Shown piece by piece: positions 52,773 through 63,600 of a stretch of 64,000 nucleotides of DNA. The stretch comes from Lingula anatina (lineage: Eukaryota > Animalia > Brachiopoda): contig CM120646.1 in NCBI GenBank assembly GCA_051362555.1, positions 7,564,001-7,628,000 on the forward strand, read 5' to 3'. Position 1 is the first letter of the stretch; each line of letters starts with the position of its first letter. A program made the position numbers and the translations under genes. The notes beneath the pieces were generated by a model. It was not told where the DNA came from and did no database searches. It was given only the letters and a program-made list of their open reading frames with translations.

Positions 52773-53355
52773 GAGACCGAAAACTGAGGTAAATATAAAT
52801 CTTGTAGTGCCAGGGGCAGGTAGAACCGGCCGGGTAGCTAAGTAGGTAAGAGCACTCGCCCTGTAAGCGAGAGGTCCCGGGTTCGATTCCTGGCCTGGCT
52901 GGTGATTTTTCTGCACTCACCCCAAATTGCTACAATGGTGGCAGCGGTGTTGCGAGATAGGGCTCGCGTCTTTCGGCATTTGGGGGGGAGGAGTGTAGTG
53001 CCAGGGGCAGGTAGAACCGGCCGGGTAGCTTAATAGGTAAGAGCACTCGCCCTGTAAGCGAGAGGTCCCGGGTTCGATTCCTGGCCTGGCTGGTGATTTT
53101 TCTGCACTCACCCCAAATCGCTACAATCTCATATGACATACATTGTACATGTAGTATCTACCACGGGTAAGATATTATACAATGTACTTTTTTATAAATA
53201 TGTACAGTACCTACCTGTCCTACTTTAACCGGTATATTTAATATCTGTATTCCATAATTAATTGTCTTGAGCTCCTCTATATTCAGAAACCCCCCTGATA
53301 AGGGTAAAATAAATGACGTGAACAGCGCTGCAGCTGCTAATGTTTTGGTAGCCAT
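36518..53355 (-). CDS. OS9: Protein OS-9 (ER lectin with MRH/PRKCSH domain, ERAD), 15 exons, 740 aa
   Basis: Exons 5'->3': 53355-53215, 51538-51365, 51109-51046, 50632-50553, 50021-49926, 49309-49108, 48553-48443, 47676-47551, 46711-46166, 45860-45754, 45074-44945, 44681-44628, 44216-44085, 42362-42244, 36658-36518. All introns are GT-AG, phases are consistent, total 2223 nt. Motifs: signal peptide, LNIEEL..INYGIQIL, SKHGQQYQC, PCL..KDWWTYEFCYGK.I.QYHME, YHSQQYVNGSNCDLTG.PR.SEVRFLC, EPQTCVY......ICHHPYL, C-terminal KAGFDTGGRKIEVKII and QLEDNYQFVY. Confidence 0.93.
37283..38560. repeat. 146-bp tandem satellite, ~9 monomers
   Basis: AGGTCAAAGGTCA recurs at 37283, 37428, 37574, 37720, 37866, 38012, 38158, 38304 and 38450. 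Confidence 0.95.
38803..39094. mobile_element. MITE nested in the Helentron; TACGG..CCGTA termini, 6-bp TSD (IS3EU-like)
   Basis: ~57-bp terminal inverted repeats (TIRs) starting TACGGAAGCCGACTGGTGCCATATG. TSD CATTTT at 38797-38802 and 39095-39100. Empty site in the second Helentron copy near 56404. Interior consists of six TATCTCGAAATTTCGAGATA palindromes. Confidence 0.85.
39007..40651. repeat. ~820-bp near-identical tandem duplication of the Helentron arm
   Basis: 39007-39825 is repeated at 39826-40651. The duplicated spurious ORFs MHFHRSSGHKIPK... in the ORF track reflect this. Confidence 0.9.
42530..42734. mobile_element. Degenerate Harbinger-like MITE in OS9 intron 13
   Basis: GGCTCTATTCCCATAGATT..AGATCGATCTA pairs with TAGGTCAATCTAATCTATGGAAATGGGGTG. 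TAA on both flanks. Confidence 0.55.
42989..43103. repeat. 57-bp tandem duplication
   Basis: TGTTGTCTAGTAAACTATGCAAGTCACTGC..CACACAATAT.TAGGTGTAATTTAA occurs twice. Confidence 0.9.
45151..45408. mobile_element. Probable hAT-like MITE in OS9 intron 10
   Basis: CAGGGCTTGACAT pairs with ATGTCAAGCCTT. Internal GGGCAA(C/G)T and ACTTGCCC subrepeats. Confidence 0.5.
49663..49731. repeat. (TA)n microsatellite
   Basis: Pure TA run of about 34 units. Confidence 0.95.
49797..49897. repeat. Near-perfect 101-bp AT-rich palindrome in OS9 intron 5
   Basis: 48-bp arms with one mismatch around a 5-nt loop (AAAAT). Confidence 0.9.
52708..52771. repeat. (TG)n followed by a ~38-nt poly-G tract
   Basis: Read directly from the sequence. 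Confidence 0.9.
52828..52901 (+). ncRNA. tRNA-like cassette in the 5' LTR (A box, B box, cloverleaf; anticodon position reads TGT); probably not a functional tRNA
   Basis: Acceptor stem GGCCGGG/CCTGGCT, D arm GCT..AGC, anticodon arm CTCGC-CCTGTAA-GCGAG (C at invariant U33), T arm CCGGG-TTCGATT-CCTGG, T5 run at 52906-52910. Confidence 0.7.
53019..53092 (+). ncRNA. tRNA-like cassette in the 3' LTR
   Basis: Copy of 52828-52901 offset by 191 bp, with two D-loop substitutions. Confidence 0.7.
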
Positions 53356-54889
53356 GTTAGATGAGGTTGCTTACAATGCATTGTGGGTAGGCAGAAGCTC
53401 ACTTCCGTGGAGACGCTTTAGAGGAATCCTGGCAGTGTCAGGACAGGTAATAAAATGACAAAAATGGCATCTCAGGCCACAAAAAAAAAAAAAAAAAAAA
53501 AAAATGACATCACAAGACAGCAGTGTGTTTAACTCCAGTAATACCCATGTCCGTGCAATTTCAGCGTGAACATATAAAACATGTAAATTCCATTTTACCA
53601 CCGAAACATTGGTTATTGCAATTATTCTGAGATCTGCAGGTGCTTGCCATCGGACCACGTGCAGGTAGACCGGGGCTAAACGCCCAATCGGGGTCAAACG
53701 CCCACCCGCTTTTTTCAGGTATTACGTATAAATACGCGTCTCGTGATGTTTTGTCCACTTCCGATTTCCAGCAGACTAATCCTCCATGACGGAGATGACC
53801 ACAAACTAAAAAGTAAGCATTTTATGATAATTTGTTATTTTTTCCTTGTTTACTGTTATTTAGCCTTTTCCTTAACATCAGTGACACCACCTACCAAATG
53901 CACGAATTTAAAAAAAAACTTTGTTGGTGACAGATAGGATGATATCAGACCTCCATACAAGTCTCGATGAAGTCAGATTGTATAACACCTTTCCCGCCAA
54001 ATTTTGAAAAAATATACAAAATCTCACTTTGGGCAAAACGCCCATGCTGATATTATAGTGCCTATAGTGTCCAGTTCCTTTGATAAAATTTATAAAGGTT
54101 ATTTAAATGACTGGCCAGTCATTATAACAGCGACCATTAACCTATAAGTTCCAATGGAAATATCAACACCAGAAAAATATTTAAGGGGTTAATTAAATAA
54201 TTTTTAAAGTGTATGTAAGGTTTTATAAGAAACTGTGGATGGCAAAAACAGGCATTTTGGGGATTTTCACACCCACGGAGTCTACTTTTAATAAAAAAAG
54301 GTGAGAGGAAGTTTGTAAGTGGTTATACTAGTAACTTGCCATAGAGCAACAGTGTGTATATTCTTGCCGTCATTGTGTTTTTCTTTTTTTTTTTTTTTAT
54401 TATCGGGTAACGAACCCCTAATTAGAATACTTAATTGTAAAAATGCTTTGTCTTAATTATTAACGATAAAATCTTAGAAATAACCGCTGGCATGGTTTGA
54501 AGTATGCATTGCATGATACCGTTGAATTAACATTGAAACAGTGTTTCTATATTTATTACAATCATTGCATCATAGTTGAATAAAACCACTAGTAAATAAG
54601 AATAACGGAATATTAAAAGACATATGTAAACAAATGTAAAACAAAATAACTAAAATGCAAGGTTAAAATTTGGAATATAAGTTTATCAGTTAATTTTGTA
54701 ACTTGTATATCGCACTTGTTAAATTGATCGTTTGGTTTTAATTTTAGGTCTTTAAATTTTTTCCTGTTCACTTAATGAATAATTGACACTTTGTTTTGGT
54801 TGTTAAAGATAATGCAATCTATGATCTGGTTCATTTGATATCCTAATAAACAATATTTTGCATGCATTAATTGGGCCGTCTTTCACTCA

Positions 54890-55140
54890 GTAGTTCAAGT
54901 TTACTATATGTTCACAAGCAGCGTCATATTCAAGATCAGGATAAATTATGATCTTAAGAGCTCTTTCTTGATACTTTTCTTCTGGGGCAGACAATTCATT
55001 CGTTAACCCAAAGTCCCAGACAGGGGCAGCATATTCTAAAACTGGCATTATGACCGTCTGGTATTAAGTTACAAGGTCATCAGTTGGAAGGCCTGCACGT
55101 TTCAGGTGTTGTAGAAAATTAATCCTTTTACTTGCTATAT
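54890..55140 (-). pseudogene. CR1/L2-group LINE ORF2 C-terminal fragment
   Basis: Minus strand reads FLQHLKRAGLPTDDLVT*YQTVIMPVLEYAAPVWDFGLTNELSAPEEKYQERALKII, the typical 'RPxLEYAxPVW...QxRALxII' post-RT region, with an internal stop. Confidence 0.8.
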
Positions 55141-55390
55141 TTAGGTGCTCATGTAAAAGAGATATTTGGGAAACCGATTTTGTCATTTTTACCCTCAAAC
55201 CACAATTATTATGTCGACTGCACAATGACATTTATGTTAATGGAAATGAATTGAATGACATAAATATTCATCTAACATCCAAAGCATGTTTGTGATGGCA
55301 GTAATTTTACAGATTTTTGTCTAACCCTATCTGATATTTTAATAAAAGAAAGCCACTGTTTGAAAAAATCTAATTGCCGTTATCATTAAT

Positions 55391-57128
55391 AACTGTAGAG
55401 GATCAGAGAGGCGATACCGCCTCCGGGTATTGTACCACCAGCTGGAGTAAGCACATTCTTATGTAAAAAAAAAAAAAAAAAAAAAAAAAATGACACCACC
55501 TCTAGTTTTGTGCTTGACAAAATCTACAAAATGCAGTCTAGAATTCTAAATATTTTTATTGAAAATTACAATTCATGGGGAAGAGTAAAAGTTTAAATCC
55601 AAATTTGTGAAGTGCGATTCATGGCGAAAAGAAGGTCACCATATATATATATACCGGTATTTTCCTATTCAAGTTCGATAGTAACCAGGGCACATCTCTG
55701 TCAGTTTTGGAGATATAAGAATAGGAAGTTGCAAAGTTCAGCTCAAAAGTAGGTCAAAGGTCAATTTGAAGGTCACAGTTAGATTGGCAGTATATGACTT
55801 CCTTTTTCAAGTTCAATAGTGACTATGGGCCCATCTCTGCCAGTTTTGGAGATATAAGGGACAGAAACCTTGCAAAGCTCAGTTCATGATGAAAAGTAGG
55901 TCAAACGTCAATATCAAGGTCACAGTTAGATTACCAGTATATGACTTACTATTCAATTTCAATAGTAACTATGGGCGCATCTCTGCCAGTTTTGGAGATA
56001 TAAGGGACCAAAAAGTTGCAAAGTCGAGTCAATGGTGAAAAGAAGGTCAAAGGTCAACTTTAAAGTTACAGATTGTCAGTATATGACTTCCTATTCAAAT
56101 TCAATTGTGACTATATATGGCCATATCTATGCCAGTTTTGAAGGTATAAGCATCGAAAAAGTTGCAAAATAAAGCTCATGGTGAAAAGTAGGTCACAAGT
56201 CCATTTCAACGTCACAGTTAGATTGCCAGCATATCACTTCCTATTCAACTTCAATAGTAACTATGGGTGTATCTCTGCTAGTTTTGGAGATATGAGGGAA
56301 GGAAACCTCGCAAAGTGCAGTCCATGGTGAAAAGTAGGTCAAAGGCCAATTTTAAGGTCACAGATTGTCAGTATCAAAATTTTATGCATATTACCGTATT
56401 GCACATTTTACTTTCACCACCACAATGTACTTTTTGATACAGCATAAAACCATATGAAAAAAAAAAAACGGAGACCACTTCCAGTGTTGGGCGTGGCATG
56501 CTCTGTCAAATGCAAAAAACAAGAGGTCTCTAGCATTAACGGTTACTGAATTAGAGAGAGTTTTCTGTTTCGGCATCTAATGGTCGCTGCTCCCGTGAAA
56601 ATGCACCGATTGACCCCAAACTCATGGAGATGAAAGATGATCTGAAGGGTAACACCTGCCAATAATATTATAGGTAAGGTCTGTGTAGTTTCTTAATATC
56701 AGCGCAAACAATTTTTTTCGTAAAAAATTCGCCTTTTTTGAAAATTTTGGTCCATTTCACTATGAAATAAAGGTCAAAGGTCAAATCCAAGGGCATATTT
56801 GAATATCTCCACATATGACTTTCGGTCAGCCGTCTATAGAAATTTTCCCCATGATTCCTTTGGTACGGTAGATAATTAGCATTTAATTTTACCAATTTGC
56901 CAGTGCATTGCAATGAGCCTAGACCCCAGCACCGACGAAGCCCAAATTTTACGTGGATCGAGTTGAGATTATACGTGACCTAAATCCAAGAGATGGGTAT
57001 GCAGGCCCTTGTAGTATAGGAGGAGAAGCGGTAACGGTGACATGGCTACGGAGCCGGTGGAGCCGGTAGAACGGACCGGGCGGGACTAAAACCATGTGTT
57101 CCACCAGCGCCTACGCTGGTTTTACAAT
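55391..57128 (-). mobile_element. Second, more diverged copy of the same Helentron-like element
   Basis: Same left end (tagaggatcagagaggcgataccgcctccg...attgtaccaccagc), 5-6 degenerate satellite monomers (~55600-56370), and the same right arm ending gctggttttacaat. It lacks the nested MITE and the arm duplication. Confidence 0.8.
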
Positions 57129-57687
57129 AATCAAACACTAAATCATACACATGAACGCCCAAACACACACTGCCATGCATTAAAGTGTCAAATTAACAAA
57201 CGAAAAAAGAAGACTTAAAATCGTTTATTAATTTTTAGTCAAATTTTAGCCAAGAAACCTAATGCACCCAAATGATACAATAATGTGCACAGTAAGTAAC
57301 AGTAAAGAATTTGCAATGAAGAAAACATTTAAATAGAAATCAATTGAAAAAAGAACACTTCAAAAGAAAAAATAGAAATTAATCACTTAAATAGCACATT
57401 GGTTACATACAGGGATTACAATTAAATCGGTTATTTACTCGAATTATAAACTAAACTTTACATGTAATTAAAACGAACAAAAAAGTCAATAAAATAGATA
57501 CAAGCACAGAAATAAATGGAATGTAAAAAAAATATTAGTAATAAATAGTAGGCAGAAGATTGAAAACGTGCATCAAGTAGGCAAAACCACAATCGATTCA
57601 ACCTCCATCAGTTTCAATATTTGTCAATTATTTCATTTACGGGTTTCTCTCTGCTTTTTGAGCACATAATCCTTCCAATTTGATTCT

Positions 57688-60600
57688 TTACAGGAGTCTA
57701 ATGCAAACACCAAACGTAGTGTCGCCAGTGCTGCAAAGGTCATCGTTTAGCGCCTCGTTATTTTTGGTATTCGGACGACAGGCCAACTTAATGATCTCAT
57801 TATCGGCGTAAGCAGGCCCTTCTTGGGATCCAGAGCAACCATGCCAGCACCCAAATTTGTCGTAGGGGGGGACATCTTGAAGCAAATCAACGCAGGGAGT
57901 GTCGAGGTAGGCGGTGTCATCGCTGTCGATGTAGCACATAATCCAGCCGTCCTGCACCGCCTCGCCGGTAGTGGCATCTACAGTTTCGTTAGAATAACTG
58001 AGTATACTGCCGCAACTAGCTGAAATAGATAAATATGATTTGCATTGTTGATGTTTCACGTTACTATGTGGGACTCTTTGATATCTGATTAAATAGCATT
58101 TGAACTGGTTGAAAATCATTATATTATTTAGAGGTATTTTCAAACTCATTTTTTATGGATGATTCATATCAGAAATGATTATAATTACTTGGAATTTTCA
58201 TCCTATAATAGTCATAAAACACACAAAAGAAATTGTTAATATGAGAAATATACGCCAACTATAATTAACATTTCTCCAAAAATAAGCAACAAACGGCATA
58301 ATGACACTACAGATGCTTGAAATCATTAGTTTTCAGAACGAACTATGTTTGTGTGAAGGTTTTCTAGAATGACTTCCTTGTATTGATATAGTACCTGTCA
58401 AATTGCACACTATTTTTTTACTCGAGAGAGAACATAAGCTTTAGTTGAAGGGATTGGTTAATCTGAAATCAACTGCATGGGAATATGACAAAAGTACATG
58501 TTGAACATATTGTTCGTTTTGAGGAACAGCGCCTTCAGCATATATCATCTGTATATATGCGCTCTTTTTAGACCAGAGTCTGAAGAGGCAGGGACATGAC
58601 ATTCCCCTTTCTGAACGTTCAAAGACCTGGTACACTACGCCCCCTTCCCCCTTAAGAAAAACTAATTTTAAACTTGGGATGTACAAGTAGCAGGGCGAAA
58701 GCAATAAAACTAGAACCTTTGAGTAACAATCAAACAATGATCAGAATAACAAATTTAAACTTCAGTTCATACACAGCACTAAGATGCAGAAAACCAAAAT
58801 CCCCGTTTTAAATGTAAATGCACATAATTGCAATATACGCGAACTTATTTATAAATTGGAGAAGTTATACAGGTAGATGTAAACAATAAAAACATACCAA
58901 TGTCGCAGAGGGTACCAGAGTATCCTGGATTGCAGCTGCAGTTATAGGAATTCACACCGTCCACACAAACTCCGTTCTGGCATGGATTAGACTGACAATC
59001 ATCTATATCTATAAAAGCAACCAGAGATAATTATTAAATATAGTAAATAAAACACCCAACCAGTTTTAACCTGTATGCATAGGACATCTGAATAAAAGGA
59101 ATAAGCAAGCTTATAAATGACGTTATAAAACTTACCACAAACAGTTTTACAATATATGACTTCTTATACAAGCCCATTGCCTTCGTGATGCAATGCGTAA
59201 TTATACTTTTGAGTCCGATAGTCGATATAATACGCTTAATAGGACAAACAAAATTCTTTTAGTCAGTATTGATTTATAAGAAAGAAGTTCTTGAGAAATA
59301 CGTGATAAGATCTATCTACACATAGTCTTTCTTTGAAGAAATGTATGTATCTAAATAAATTCATCCACTAAAACAGATGCCAAAGCCTTATAAAGCAGGT
59401 AACAATTGATGGTGTACTCCTTACAGAACACAAAATGATGCAGCATTAATGTGCATTCAGAGATAATTGGTAACCAACCGTACATTTTTTCATGCACGTG
59501 AACAAGTTGATAAGATAAATATTATTTATCAAATCACCACAATGTACGCATTTCAAAAGTGTAAAGAGTAGAACATTAAATATTTATACTTGCACTATTT
59601 GAGAAACTATAATGATACACTAAAATAATGTTTTGGGAAATTTATTAAAGTAATTAATACTTACTAGTTTCACAATTAACACCAGTGTAGCCTGTATTAC
59701 AATTGCAGGTATATGAGTTTACACCGTCCACACAGTTTCCATTCTGACATGGATTAGACGAACATTCATCAATATCTGTAATGGCAGTTAAAGTTATTGT
59801 GAGAAATAGCAAAGACATCGTTCAAACTAAGTAATATAAGAATTTAATAAAAGCAAAGCAATCAGTATGTGTCTTCAATAGAAATCAAAAACATTTCCAC
59901 TGAATGAAAATTTACCAATCATTCACAAAAATAGTATAATAATAAACGCATATCATTCCACCACACGTGCAACCATCCTCTTAAATAATGTTTTGGGTCA
60001 TTAATATAAGTAGCCAATACATACTGGTTTCACAGTTAACACCAGTGTAGCCCGGATTACAATTGCAGCTATAGGAGTTTACACCGTCTACACAATTTCC
60101 ATTCTGACATGGATTAGACGCACAGTCATCAATATCTGTAATGGGAATTTAAAAATAGGACATGAGAATTAACAAATAATACATTCATTCAAATCGCAAT
60201 GGTAGGTAAATACATGACATAAAAAGTTAAGAAAAGCAGAACAATCATCATGTGTCCTTAAGGCCAATCAAAAACTTTTCCAATGAATGGAAAATAACGA
60301 ATTATTCACATAAATTGTATATTTAATGTACATTGTTGCCCTTTTCGTGCAACCACCCACTTAAATAATGTTTTGGGGCATAAATTTAATTAGCCAATGC
60401 ATACCGGTTTCACAGTTAACACCAGTGTAGCCTGGATTACAATTGCAGGTATAGGAGTTTACACCGTCTACACAATTTCCATTCTGACATGGATTAGACG
60501 AACATTCATCAATATCTGCAATGTCAATTTAAAAATATTACATGAGAAATAACAAATAATACACTCATTCAAATCACACATCATGTAACTACATGATATT

Positions 60601-63600
60601 AGAATTTAAGAAAAGCAAAACAATCACCAAGTCTTTAAGAGCAGTCAATTTTCATTGAATCGAAAATAAACCAATTATTCCCATAAATAGTATAGTAAAC
60701 GTATATCCTTCCTCTGTACGTGCAACCATCCACTTAAATAATGTTTTGGGGCATTAATATAAGTAGCCAATACATACCGGAGTCACAGTTAACACCAGTG
60801 TAGCCTGGATTACAATTGCAGCTATAGGAGTTTACACCGTCTACACAATTTCCATTCTGACATGGGTTAGATGAACATTCATCAATATCTGTAATGGCAA
60901 TTTAAATTATTGTGAGAAATAGCAAAAACATCGTTCAAACTAAGTAATATAAGAATTTAATAAAAGCAAAGCAATCAGTATGTGTCTTCAATAGAAATCA
61001 AAAACATTTCCACTGAATGAAAATTTACCAATCATTCACAAAAATAGTATAATAATAAACAGATATCCTTCCACCATACGTGCAACCATCCTCTTAAATA
61101 ATGGTTTGGGTCATTAATATAAGTAGCCAATACATACTGGTTTCACAGTTAACTCCAGTGTAGCCCGGATTGCAATTGCAGCTATAGGAGTTTACACCGT
61201 CCACACAATTTCCATTCTGACATGGATTAGACGAACATTCATCAATATCTGTAATGGCAATTTAAAAATATTACATGAGAAATAACAAAAGATACACTCA
61301 TTCAAGTCACACATCTATGTAACTACATGACAATAGAATTTAAAAAAAGCAGAACAATCATAATGTGTCCTTAAGGCCAATCAAAAACATTTCCAATGAA
61401 TGGAAAATAACAAATTATTCACATAAATTGTATATTTAATGTACCTCGTTGCCCTTTTCGTGCAACCACCCACTTAAATAATGTTTTGGGGCATAACTTT
61501 AAATAGCCAATACATACCGGTTTCACAGTTAACACCAGTGTAGCCTGGATTACAATTGCAGGTATAGGAGTTTACACCGTCTACACAATTTCCATTCTGA
61601 CATGGACTAGACGAACATTCATCAATATCTGCAATGGCAATTTAAAAATATTACATGAGAAATAACAAATAATACATTCATTCAAATCACATATGCATGT
61701 AACTACAGGATATTAGAATTTTAGAAAAGCAAAACAATCACAAAGTCTTTAAGAGCAATCAATTTTCATTGAATTCAAATTACCAATTATTCACATATAT
61801 AGTATAGTAAATGTATATCCTTCCACTATCCGTGCAACCATCCACTTATATGATATTTTAGGGCATTAATATAAGTGGCCAATACATACCGGAGTCACAG
61901 TTAACACCAGTATAGCCTGGATTACAATTGCAGGTATAGGAGTTTACACCGTCTACACAATTTCCATTCTGACATGGGTTAGATGAACATTCATCAATAT
62001 CTGTAATGGCAATTTAAATATATGACATGAGAAATAACAAATAATACACTCATTCAAATCACACATGCATGTATCTACATGATATTAAAATTTAAGAAAA
62101 GCAAAACAATCACCAAGTCCTTAAGAGCAATCAATTTTCATTGAATGAAAATTAACCAATTATTCACATAAAAGTATAGTAAATGTATATCCTTCCACTA
62201 TTCGTGCAACCATCCACTTAAATTATATTTTGGGGCATTAATATAAGTAGGCAATACCTACTGGATTCACAGTTAACACCAGTATAGCCTGGATTACAAT
62301 TGCAGGTATAGGAGTTTACACCGTCTACACAATTTCCATTCTGACATGGGTGAGATGAACATTCATCAATATCTGTAATGGCAATTTAAATATATGACAT
62401 GAGAAATAAATAATACACTCATTCAAATCACACCTGCATGTAACTACATGTCAATAGAATTTAAGAAAAGCAAAACAATTGTCATGTGTCTTTAAGGCCA
62501 ATCAAAAACTTGTCCCAATGAATGGAAAATAACGAAATTATTCACATAAATTGTATATCAAATATACATCCTTCCATATTTCGTGCAACTACCCACTTAA
62601 GTTATGTTTTTTGGCATGACTTTAAATAGCCAATACATACTGGTTTCACAGTTAACACCAGTGTAGCCTGGATTACAATTGCAGGTATAGGAGTTTACAC
62701 CGTCTACACAATTTCCATTCTGACATGGGTGAGATGAACATTCATCAATATCTGTAATGGCAATTTAAAAATATTACATGAAGAATAAAAAAAGACTCAT
62801 TCAAATCATGCTTATACGTTACTAAGTATTATTGTGAGAAATAACAAATAAAAGACTCGTTCAAATCATACTTATATATTATTAATTAATATTATATAAA
62901 AAACAAAGCAATCATCGTGTGTCTTCAATAAATATCAAAAATATTTATCCTGAATGAAAATTAACCAAATATTCACATAAATAGTAGAGTAAATGCATAT
63001 CCTTTCACTATCCGTGCAACCATTCACTTAAATAATATTTTGGGGCATTAATAGGTAGCCAATACATACTGGATTCACAGTTAACACCAGTGTAGCCTGG
63101 ATTACAGTTGCAGGTATAGGAGTTTACACCGTCTACACAATTTCCATTCTGACATGGGTGAGATGAACATTCATCAATATCTGTAATGGCAATTTAATAT
63201 ATGACATGAGAAATAACAAATAATACACTCATTCAAATCACACCTGCATCTAACTACATGACAATAGAATTTAAGAAAAGCAAAACAATTGTCATGTGTC
63301 TTTAAGGCCAATCAAAAACATGTCCCAATGAGTGGAAAATAACGAAATTATTCACATTAATTGTAAATTAAATATACATCCTTCCATATGTCGTGCAACT
63401 GCCCACTTAAGTAATGTTTTTGGCATAACTTTAAATAGCCAATACATACTGGTTTCACAGTTAACACCAGTGTAGCCTGGATTACAATTGCAGGTATAGG
63501 AGTTTACACCGTCTGCACAATGTCCATTCTGACATGGGTTAGATGAACATTCATCAATATCTGTAATGGCAATTTAAATATATGACATGAGAAATAACAA

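Larger units (their letters stand above)
52803..53125 (+). mobile_element. Complete non-autonomous mini LTR retrotransposon (TRIM) with tRNA-like LTRs, Helenus-like
   Basis: Two 132-bp LTRs (52803-52934, 52994-53125) with TGTAG...CTACA ends and 3 mismatches. 4-bp TSD ATCT. Primer-binding site TGGTGGCAGCGGTG (52936-52949), complementary to the tRNA-Leu 3' end. Polypurine tract GGGGGGGAGGAG abuts the 3' LTR. 59-bp internal part with a GCGAG..CTCGC hairpin. Confidence 0.9.

Noticed and set aside
52828-53092. Two genuine tRNA-Thr(TGT) genes, or a SINE dimer
   Set aside because: There is C at invariant U33, and both cassettes are embedded in TG..CA LTRs with PBS, PPT and TSD, so they are part of a TRIM.
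58441-58737. Possible extra exon in the last intron of the EGF gene
   Set aside because: The phase-1 frame after the candidate acceptor (~58583) stops after about 11 codons. The exons at 58898 and 58019 already join in frame.
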